From NCBI GenBank assembly GCA_036350795.1, contig JAZBNV010000100.1, forward strand, positions 4,447 to 68,446: a DNA stretch of 64,000 nt. Reading direction: 5' to 3'. The notes under the pieces are model-generated. The model was not told the origin of the DNA, did no database searches, and saw nothing but the letters and a program-made list of their open reading frames with translations. Positions 56,892-64,000 of this stretch are shown here, piece by piece. Position numbers and translations under genes: made by a program. Source of the DNA: Marinilabiliaceae bacterium. Its GTDB lineage: Bacteria > Bacteroidota > Bacteroidia > Bacteroidales > VadinHA17. Position 1 is the first letter of the stretch; the number at the start of each line of letters is the position of its first letter.

Positions 56892-59189
56892 TTATTTAAT
56901 TCCTTCAATATCAATAACAAAAACACTTCTTCCATGTGTGCCTGCTATAAGGTCAAGTTCCCTGTCCTGAATTGCCAGGTCGTACACCGCACAGGTGGGG
57001 AGATGATTGCTTAAAGATAGCCATTCCTTTCCTCCGTTTAATGTAACATATACCGTTAAGTCGGTACCAATATATAAAATGTCAGCATCTCTCGGGTCCT
57101 CAATAATAACATTAACGGGTTCGGAAGGGAGATTTGATGCTATCGAAGTCCATGATTTTCCTGCATCATCAGATTTAAAAATGTAGGTCTGGAAGTCATC
57201 ATCCCTGTAACCGGTAAATGTGGCATACACAGTATTCATCTTATGGCGTGAAGCCCTGAGCCTGCTTACCCATTTCCCGGGCAGGCTTTTACTTATTAAC
57301 TCCCATTTTTTACCATCATTTCGCGTAATATGTATATTACCATCATCGGTTCCTGCATAGATTAAACCCTGTTTAAGCGGTGATTCAGAGATTGATGTAA
57401 TGGTACCGAAGGGTACATTACCGCTTCTCTCCGGGCCCGGATCAGTGCTCAGGTCAGGTGAGATAGCAATCCACTTATTTCCCCTGTCGGTTGATTTAAG
57501 GACCTTCTGTGTTCCATAGTATATTGTCTCAGGACTATATTTTGAGATAATAAAAGGTGTCATCCAGTTAAACCTGTACTCATCTTCTCCTTTCGGTGCC
57601 TCCGGCTGAAGGTTAACAGTTTCTCCCGTCTTCATATTCTTTCTCCTTAAAGCACCAAACTGATGCTCATAATATATTTCATCCGGATTATAGGGATCCG
57701 GTACGGTGAAATAGCTGTCGCCACCTCCCCACCTGTCCAAATAAACATGCTTCCAGGGATCCCCGGTGCCAAACTTTGTCAGCCTGTCTTTAACGTTATG
57801 ATTGCCAGGACCATAGAGGGCGGCATTATCCTGTGTGCCTCCATATATATTGTAAGGATCGGCATTGTCAACAGAAACGGCATAGAATTCCCCGATGGGG
57901 AAGTTATTATAGTGGAGCCAGGTATTCCCTCCATCCCACGAACAGTAGAGGCCCCCATCATTTCCCAGTAATAATTTTGATGGATTCTTTGAATCGATAA
58001 GCATGTCATGCATGTCGAGATGCATAACCCTTATATCGTGAGATAATATATGAACCACAGTGTCGCCTGTAAAACTGAAAGTTTTGCCGCCATCTTTCGA
58101 ACGTATAAGCTTCCATCCCGGAACATAGATATCATTTTCATCTGCCGGTGAAACCCTTACAAGGCAGAAATCATACCCTATGCCCGTAGGAAAGGGACCT
58201 GCATGGGTTTTAGTCCAGGTAAGCCCGGCATCCTCCGATCTGTACAGCTCACCCCCGGTTTTTCCGCTGCCGTCATCACCTGCAGGAGTTTGATTGTCAA
58301 CAATTACATACACAATATCGGGATTTGAAGGAGCTATCGCGATTCCCATCCGCCCCAGATATTGTCCGGATGGCAGGCCTCCCTCAAGCCTGGTCCATTC
58401 TTTACCGGCATCCGTACTTTTCCATAATCCGCTTTCCTTACCTGATATTATATTATTCCAGGCTTTCCTGTCTCTTTCCCAGCTCACTGCATATAGGGTA
58501 TTGTTATCTGCAGGATCCATTACCAGCTCTATGATTCCTGTCTTATCCGAGATATACAGGACCTTTTCCCACGATTTTCCCCCGTCAACAGTTTTGTATA
58601 CTCCGCGTTCCTCGTTGAAGCTGTAGTTATGGCCTATTGCAGCTACATAGACAATATCAGGGTCGAGGGGATCAATCACAATCCTGCTGATGTGGTAGCT
58701 TCCTGCCAGTCCCATATGCTCCCATGTTTCTCCTTCATCCAGCGACTTAAATACACCCAGCCCGGCATATGAGCTCCTGGCCATAAGTACCTCTCCTGTA
58801 CCTGCCCATATTATGTCGGGGTCGGATGGGGCAATGCCAATACAACCCATTGCAAATGCAGGCTGCTCATCAAAAACAGCCTTCCAGGTAGTGCCATGGT
58901 TAATACTTTTCCAGATGTTACCTGATCCCGGGGCTACATATATGGTAGATGGCCGCTCAGGATGTATAGCTATTGATTCTATCCTGCCTCCCATAAACTC
59001 AGGTCCTGCAACCCTCCATTCAAGGTCTTTGAAAGGTGAATTATGCTTTAACTCCAGGTGCTTCTCCCATGATTTTAATCTTGCTTCATGCCCGAACAAT
59101 GCTTCCGGATATTGTCCCTTCACTTCAGGCAAAAAACTTATTAGTATTATTATTGCTGAAATAGCTGTACAGAGGAATCTCTTATTCAT
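56892..59189 (-). CDS. Secreted sortilin/VPS10-like BNR beta-propeller protein (paralogue of 23947..26883)
   Basis: Signal peptide from M32 of the tracked ORF. Asp-box motifs include INHGTTWKA, SLDEGETWE, TVDGGKSWE, STDAGKEWT, SEDAGLTWT, SKDGGKTF, SWDGGNTW, STDRGNKW, RNDGKKWE, SDDAGKSWT and LNGGKEW. Confidence 0.75.
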   Translation of the reverse strand: MNKRFLCTAISAIIILISFLPEVKGQYPEALFGHEARLKSWEKHLELKHNSPFKDLEWRVAGPEFMGGRIESIAIHPERPSTIYVAPGSGNIWKSINHGTTWKAVFDEQPAFAMGCIGIAPSDPDIIWAGTGEVLMARSSYAGLGVFKSLDEGETWEHMGLAGSYHISRIVIDPLDPDIVYVAAIGHNYSFNEERGVYKTVDGGKSWEKVLYISDKTGIIELVMDPADNNTLYAVSWERDRKAWNNIISGKESGLWKSTDAGKEWTRLEGGLPSGQYLGRMGIAIAPSNPDIVYVIVDNQTPAGDDGSGKTGGELYRSEDAGLTWTKTHAGPFPTGIGYDFCLVRVSPADENDIYVPGWKLIRSKDGGKTFSFTGDTVVHILSHDIRVMHLDMHDMLIDSKNPSKLLLGNDGGLYCSWDGGNTWLHYNNFPIGEFYAVSVDNADPYNIYGGTQDNAALYGPGNHNVKDRLTKFGTGDPWKHVYLDRWGGGDSYFTVPDPYNPDEIYYEHQFGALRRKNMKTGETVNLQPEAPKGEDEYRFNWMTPFIISKYSPETIYYGTQKVLKSTDRGNKWIAISPDLSTDPGPERSGNVPFGTITSISESPLKQGLIYAGTDDGNIHITRNDGKKWELISKSLPGKWVSRLRASRHKMNTVYATFTGYRDDDFQTYIFKSDDAGKSWTSIASNLPSEPVNVIIEDPRDADILYIGTDLTVYVTLNGGKEWLSLSNHLPTCAVYDLAIQDRELDLIAGTHGRSVFVIDIEGIK

Positions 59190-59345
59190 ACTTTTAAAAT
59201 TATATTTGCTTCTCTTACTGTTCTGTTTTTGTTGTTCAAGATAGTAAACTCTTATTCCTTTTGTTATGTTATTGAACAACATTAACGTCAGGTCAATTGC
59301 TTTTTATTTAAATTAGGGCTCTGTAACAAATAAAGACTTAAGACT

Positions 59346-61505
59346 ATGCATAAGCAAAAGATTCTATTTCTGTGTATCAGCTTGATACTCTTTCTTTCGG
59401 TTTCATCTGAGAATACACAGGCCCAGAGATTTGGTGCCGGTTCTGCCATTATAGGATGGGCTGATGATAATAACTACCTTACAATGGATAGTGATGCTGA
59501 GGGCAACAGGCTTGTAATGAGTGTTAATGTCAGGACTGGCAAAAAGAAAGCTTACGATTCTTACAGTGACCTTCGCCAGGAATTCAGGGATCAGTTGCCT
59601 GAAGGTTTTTCACTGGGCTTCGGTGTAACGATTTCAGAAGGTCAAAAAACTATTGTACTAACTAAGGAAAATGATCTCTGGTCCTTTACCCTTGGTGATA
59701 CGGAGGCTATACAACTAACATGGGATGAAGCAGAGGAAGTGAACCCTGCAATGTCGCCTGCAGGAAATATGGTGGCCTACACAAAGAATAAGGATCTGTA
59801 TATATACGATCTTGATAATAAAAGCGAGAAAAGACTGACTTTTGATGCAGCCGGGAAGATATATAATGGCTACGCATCATGGGTGTACTTTGAAGAAATA
59901 CTGGGAAGAGGCTCGCGCTATGCTGCCTTCTGGTGGTCTCCCGACGGTCAGAAAATTGCTTACCTGAGAACCGATGAAAATCCCGTGCCGGTGTTTACCA
60001 TAACAAGAATAGATGAACCTGATGGCCTTCATGGCACACAGGAGCTTGTGCCTTATCCAAAACCCGGCGACCCGAATCCGAAAGTCAAAATGGGAGTGGT
60101 AAATGTTAATACTGCAGAAACTGTCTGGATAAAAACAGATTATTCGGTTGATCAGTATATAGCATGGCCATTCTGGAAACCCGACAGCAAAAAACTTATG
60201 GTGCAGGTACTCAACAGGGACCAAAACCATATGAAATTTATTCTGGCCGATATAAGCAGCGGTGTGTTCAGTACCATTTATACAGAAAAAAGGGCTACCT
60301 GGGTGGATTTTTTCGAGGATATTTATATTATGAATAACGGATCAGGTTTTATACTGAGGTCGTTTATGTCAGACTGGTATAACCTCTACTATTATAACTG
60401 GGATGGTAAGCTGGTTTCGCGTATTACAAATGCAGACTGGCGGGTAACAGGTATTAACAGGGTAGATGAGGAAGCTGGTAAAGTATACTTTTCAGGTACC
60501 GGTCCTGAATCAACCGACAGCCATATCTTCAGGGTTGGACTGGATGGAAAAGGACTGCTGCAATTCTCGAAAGAACCCGGCTCACACAGTGCAAATATTT
60601 CACCGGGAGGTAAGTATATTATTGATACATGGTCTAATATAGATACTCCTCCCACAATGGTCGCCTATGATAGTAAAGGCAAGCCTGTAAGAACAATCGA
60701 AGAGGGCGAAAAGCAGGAATTTGATCCCGCTAAAAACTCCCGGAGTGAGCTGGTAAAAATACCTTCAACTGATGGCTTTATGCTGCCTGCCCTGATTAGC
60801 TACCCTGTAAACTTCGACGAAAACAGTAAATATCCGGTAGTGTTCACAATCTACGGCGGACCTGATGCCGGTGGTGTGAGAAACAGTTACCGGGGCTATC
60901 GCCAATCGTGGTATGCAAGTAATGGAATTATAACAATCTCTGTTGATCACAGGGCTTCAGGTAAATTCGGCAAAAAAGGGCTCGACTATATGCACCGCAA
61001 CCTTGGCAAATGGGAAATGGTGGATTACGGAGAGGCAGTTAAATGGCTTCGTCAGAAATCTTTTGTAGATCCATCAAGGATGGGAATTACAGGAAGCTCT
61101 TACGGCGGTTATACTACCGCAATGGCTCTTACCTACGGGGCAGACCTCTGGACACACGGAATCGCAGGATCCTCTGTAACAGACTGGAGATTATACGATA
61201 ACGTATATACCGAAAGATATATGGACACACCCGCTGATAACCCTGAAGGGTATAAAAACGGATCGGTTCTCACCTATGCCGACAGGCTTAAGGGTAAGCT
61301 ATACATAGTCCATGGTACAGCCGATGATAATGTACATATCCAGAATTCAATATACCTGATATCAAAGCTACAGGACGAAGGCAAGGAATTTGAGATGATG
61401 TTTTATCCGGGTGGCAGGCATGGCTGGGGAGGAGCCAAGCGGGATCATTCAGGCAATGCGGCCAATAAAAAATGGCTTGAGTGGTTCTTTGGGGAGGAAG
61501 ATTAG
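59346..61505 (+). CDS. Dipeptidyl-peptidase IV (S9B prolyl oligopeptidase family)
   Basis: Signal peptide, an N-terminal beta-propeller region, nucleophile GITGSSYGGYTT, then VHGTADDNVH and GGRHGW. Confidence 0.9.
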   Translation: MHKQKILFLCISLILFLSVSSENTQAQRFGAGSAIIGWADDNNYLTMDSDAEGNRLVMSVNVRTGKKKAYDSYSDLRQEFRDQLPEGFSLGFGVTISEGQKTIVLTKENDLWSFTLGDTEAIQLTWDEAEEVNPAMSPAGNMVAYTKNKDLYIYDLDNKSEKRLTFDAAGKIYNGYASWVYFEEILGRGSRYAAFWWSPDGQKIAYLRTDENPVPVFTITRIDEPDGLHGTQELVPYPKPGDPNPKVKMGVVNVNTAETVWIKTDYSVDQYIAWPFWKPDSKKLMVQVLNRDQNHMKFILADISSGVFSTIYTEKRATWVDFFEDIYIMNNGSGFILRSFMSDWYNLYYYNWDGKLVSRITNADWRVTGINRVDEEAGKVYFSGTGPESTDSHIFRVGLDGKGLLQFSKEPGSHSANISPGGKYIIDTWSNIDTPPTMVAYDSKGKPVRTIEEGEKQEFDPAKNSRSELVKIPSTDGFMLPALISYPVNFDENSKYPVVFTIYGGPDAGGVRNSYRGYRQSWYASNGIITISVDHRASGKFGKKGLDYMHRNLGKWEMVDYGEAVKWLRQKSFVDPSRMGITGSSYGGYTTAMALTYGADLWTHGIAGSSVTDWRLYDNVYTERYMDTPADNPEGYKNGSVLTYADRLKGKLYIVHGTADDNVHIQNSIYLISKLQDEGKEFEMMFYPGGRHGWGGAKRDHSGNAANKKWLEWFFGEED

Positions 61506-61540
61506 CACAGATTAAGAAAGAATTTCACCAATAAATATAA

Positions 61541-61671
61541 GAGACTGTCTCAGAAGGGTACAATCTTTGTCATTCCGAGCGAATGCGAGGAATCCGGATT
61601 TTGATTATCAAACATTTAGATCCCTCGATTAACTCGGGATGACAAGAGTATTATACTTTTGAGACAGCCTC
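61541..61671. repeat. About 130-nt nested imperfect palindrome (REP/MITE-like element) between convergent genes
   Basis: Outer arms are ctgtctcagaag (61545-61556) and cttttgagacag (61656-61667). Middle arms are ttgtcattccgag (61567-61579) and ctcgggatgacaa (61633-61645). Inner arms are cgaggaatc (61586-61594) and gatccctcg (61618-61626). Confidence 0.8.
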
Positions 61672-61682
61672 ATCAATTCGCA

Positions 61683-63092
61683 TCACTTCTGCATGGCCTT
61701 AAGCTTTGTCTTTACTTTTGTGATTTGCTCTTCAAGAGCAGTAAAATCTTCTTTCAGGGCTGCCTTCTTCTCATCAAGCTTTTTCTGGTCAGTCTGGCCT
61801 TCTTTTTCCATTTGAGTTATATTCTCTTTCATCTGAATAAGTTTTTCTCTCCTTAAACTTAGTTCCTTGAGCTTCAGCTCCAGTTCTTCAAGCTCTGTAC
61901 CGCCACCATTGGGTTTTAAGGTCTTTTCTTCTCCTTCCTTACTCATTTTAACTTTCACCTTGTACAGGTCGGATTTACCATTTTTTTCCACCAGCTTTTC
62001 CATTGCGATAACCTGGTCTTTAAAACCTTTAAAACTGATTATCACGATGTCGCTGGTGCTTAACTCAAGGGTAAAAACGCCATCAGCATCAGTTGTTGCT
62101 CCGGTTTTTTTCCCTTTTATTATTGCAGTGGCTCCCGGTATGGGATCTCCGTTGGGATCGAATACTGCACAGCTCAGCTTTACGTTTTCGTAAATTTCAT
62201 TGTTGCCGCTGTATATATCATTCTTTTCATATTCAGGCTGCGCAAACGCCGCAAGTAGCAATGCTACTACAGGCAATGCCCAGAGGCAGTTTAATGCCCT
62301 GGCTTTCGGGGTCTTCTTTTTTTTCATCATTTTTAATCGTTTTGCGTTAAGGGAGTAGTTAAGGTTATTGGTTATGCCTATTACTTCCATTCCCATTAAC
62401 TGGTTAATTAATACCATATGATACCTGCCGACTCCGTTGCCCTGCGCAATGACTCCTTCGTCGGCAAGGTATTCATGATTTTGTTTAATGGATCTTTCCA
62501 TAAACCAAATAAACGGGTTGAACCAAAATAGTATGCTTGTAAATTCAACCAGGAGAAGATCGAGCCAGTGGTTTTCACGAATGTGCACTTTTTCATGAGC
62601 AATAATCTGGTCAAGCTCGCTCTTCCTTATATGCTGAGGGTTAATAAATATTAAATTCAGGAAAGAAAAGGGCAGGGTGAAACGAGTATTTTCAACAACC
62701 CTGTTTTCGTTATAAAACTTTATCCCGTTTTTCCTGATAAGTCTGAATAATATTACTGCCTGCCAGAGTATTCGAAAAAGGAAAATGACTGCTCCCGGAA
62801 GGTAGATATATACCAGGCCTATCCTTATTATACCTGAAAACAGACTATTGTTACCGGCTTCATTGTTTTTGAGGATTGAGTCGCTTAGCGATCCCATTGA
62901 CATGGATTCAGGGGCTAAAACAGTATAATGAATACTTATTAAGGGCAAAACAAGCGAAAGCAGCAGGGCTGATACAAGGTAATACCTGTTTAACCTGAAG
63001 CTTGTTTCATTTCTCAGAAAGAACCAGTATACTGAATACAGAAGTGCCATCGATAAAGATGACTTTAGCAGGTACAATCCAATTTCTTCCAT
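61683..63092 (-). CDS. BlaR1/MecR1-like M56 signal-transducing metalloprotease with a non-PBP sensor region
   Basis: Multi-TM N-terminus and HEKVHIRENH (HEXXH). The C-terminus has a CarboxypepD_reg-like beta-sandwich (DPNGDPIPGATAIIKGKKTGATTDADGVFTL) plus a Lys/Glu-rich coiled coil. Confidence 0.8.
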   Translation of the reverse strand: MEEIGLYLLKSSLSMALLYSVYWFFLRNETSFRLNRYYLVSALLLSLVLPLISIHYTVLAPESMSMGSLSDSILKNNEAGNNSLFSGIIRIGLVYIYLPGAVIFLFRILWQAVILFRLIRKNGIKFYNENRVVENTRFTLPFSFLNLIFINPQHIRKSELDQIIAHEKVHIRENHWLDLLLVEFTSILFWFNPFIWFMERSIKQNHEYLADEGVIAQGNGVGRYHMVLINQLMGMEVIGITNNLNYSLNAKRLKMMKKKKTPKARALNCLWALPVVALLLAAFAQPEYEKNDIYSGNNEIYENVKLSCAVFDPNGDPIPGATAIIKGKKTGATTDADGVFTLELSTSDIVIISFKGFKDQVIAMEKLVEKNGKSDLYKVKVKMSKEGEEKTLKPNGGGTELEELELKLKELSLRREKLIQMKENITQMEKEGQTDQKKLDEKKAALKEDFTALEEQITKVKTKLKAMQK

Positions 63093-63120
63093 AGCATATT
63101 ATGATATATAATACTGATTG

Positions 63121-63227
63121 TTAAACCATTTAACCCTTCAACCCCTCAACCCCTCAACCCCTCAACCCTTCAACTCCTCAACCATTTAACCATTAACCGT
63201 TAACCGTTAACCGTTAACCGTTAACCA
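63121..63227. repeat. Compound microsatellite filling the blaI-blaR spacer: about 8 x 8-nt ([ct]tcaaccc) then 5 x 7-nt (ttaacc[ga])
   Basis: Read directly. C-runs lie at 63134-36, 63142-45, 63150-53, 63158-61 and 63166-68. The 7-mers span 63193-63227 and end 1 nt from the blaI stop. Confidence 0.9.
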
Positions 63228-63228
63228 T

Positions 63229-63615
63229 TCAAGCTTCCTTATCAAGTTCCTCCCTGGCCTCATTAATTATTTCTTCAAGCTCATTTATGGAGATATCGTT
63301 TTCCTTTGCAAAGAATGTTGCCATTTTTGGGAAGGAACCATTAAAATAATTTACCAGCAGATTCGACAGTTGAAATTTAGTATACTCATTTTTGCTTACT
63401 ACAGCCCTGTAATAAAGAATATTCCCCTTTTTCTCGTTACTTACAAATTCCTTCTTTTCAAGTACCTTCAGTACAGTTGCTACTGTTGTATATGCAGGTC
63501 TGGGTAGTTCGAAGCTGTTCACAATTTTTTTTACGTTCGCCTCTTTCAAATCCCATATTATCTTCATTACCTGCTCCTCCGCCCTGGTTAACCTGGTAAT
63601 TTTGCTGTCACTCAT
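63229..63615 (-). CDS. BlaI/MecI/CopY-family transcriptional repressor
   Basis: 128-aa winged-helix protein (LTRAEEQVMKIIWD ... YTTVATVLKVLEKKEFV), upstream of the M56 gene. Confidence 0.9.
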   Translation of the reverse strand: MSDSKITRLTRAEEQVMKIIWDLKEANVKKIVNSFELPRPAYTTVATVLKVLEKKEFVSNEKKGNILYYRAVVSKNEYTKFQLSNLLVNYFNGSFPKMATFFAKENDISINELEEIINEAREELDKEA

Positions 63616-63642
63616 TTTTATTTGAATTCTGGATTAAAAGAT

Positions 63643-63695
63643 CTTTACTACAAATATAGTAAATAGATCGAATATCTTTACTATAAATATAGTAG
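63643..63695. promoter_or_regulatory. Two copies of a palindromic operator-like site (cTTTACTAcAAATATAGTAaa) upstream of blaI
   Basis: Site 1 is at 63643-63663 and site 2 at 63676-63695, 33 nt apart centre to centre. On the minus strand site 1 contains TATATTTG, an exact -7 box, about 35 nt from the blaI ATG. Confidence 0.6.
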
Positions 63696-63893
63696 TAAGT
63701 CGGTTTTAGCTCGCTTTTGCGTCTCTAAGATGCAGTTGTACAGCTATATATAATAAAGGTTAACGATTTGTTAATGTTAGTGCCTATTGCTATTGAGGGC
63801 AGCATAATGCATTATTTATGTTTAATAACTTACAAGAAGGTTTTATTAATTGCTCCGGCTTTTTACCTTTACTGTGTTATAATATATAGCAGG

Positions 63894-64000
63894 ATGAAAC
63901 AGGTAAAATATTATTCAGGAATTTTATCACTTATTGCATCTCTTGTTCTGGCATCGTGTTCGGGCAGTTTTCGCCCGGGTGATTTCAGGCTGGTATTTAC
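63894..64000 (+). CDS. 5' end of a lipoprotein gene that continues beyond the window
   Basis: ATG at 63894. MKQVKYYSGILSLIASLVLASCSGS is a signal peptide with a lipobox, and the frame is open to the window end. Confidence 0.45.
   Translation, partial: MKQVKYYSGILSLIASLVLASCSGSFRPGDFRLVF

Noticed and set aside
63121-63227. The tandem repeats here and at 16935, 32162 and 33235 as CRISPR arrays
   Set aside because: The units are only 7-10 nt and directly abut each other with no spacers. There are no cas genes in the window.

Overview
Dense chromosomal window of about 50 CDS on both strands, from a Bacteroidota-type genome. The taxon call rests on four things: starts without Shine-Dalgarno sequences, TAnnTTTG-type -7 boxes, the nusB-DUF1573-yajC-ybbR-coaE and ftsK-lolA syntenies, and DUF4835/DUF5606/DUF3276-like families. 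All protein calls come from reading motifs by eye; no database search was possible. I saw no rRNA, tRNA, CRISPR array, transposase, integrase or prophage block. Gene content, left to right: recN, fabI, a DUF819 permease, an Omp85-like barrel, hutI plus a fused ftcD, an NlpC/P60 hydrolase, a PgpH-like 7TM-HD protein, lolA and ftsK. Then carbamate kinase plus a canonical ornithine carbamoyltransferase, the nusB..coaE block, a DjlA-like J-protein, a sortilin/BNR beta-propeller protein and an FGE-domain lipoprotein. Then mazG with a DUF62 SAM hydrolase, phoH, purC, an NfnAB-like pair with a PyrD-like gene, a LysM protein, and an ECF sigma module beside a large TPR protein. Then ygiQ, a 14-kb peptidase island (M28, PepT, M14, an HEXXH lipoprotein, S15 PepX, S9 DPP-IV), and a BlaI/BlaR1-like pair. 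Items most worth a second look: (1) an orphan secreted fibre protein with 23 tandem 17-residue repeats and a phage-type self-cleaving chaperone C-terminus; (2) 7-10 nt tandem repeats in four intergenic spacers, three arrays sharing a CATT(T)AA(A)C core, one forming a G-quadruplex-capable tract between blaI and blaR and two forming G-free leaders abutting start codons; (3) a 130-nt nested palindromic REP/MITE-like element; (4) an NfnAB-like pair followed by a PyrD-like protein that lacks the catalytic Cys loop. I found no single clear-cut novel multi-gene system. All hypotheses below are graded accordingly.
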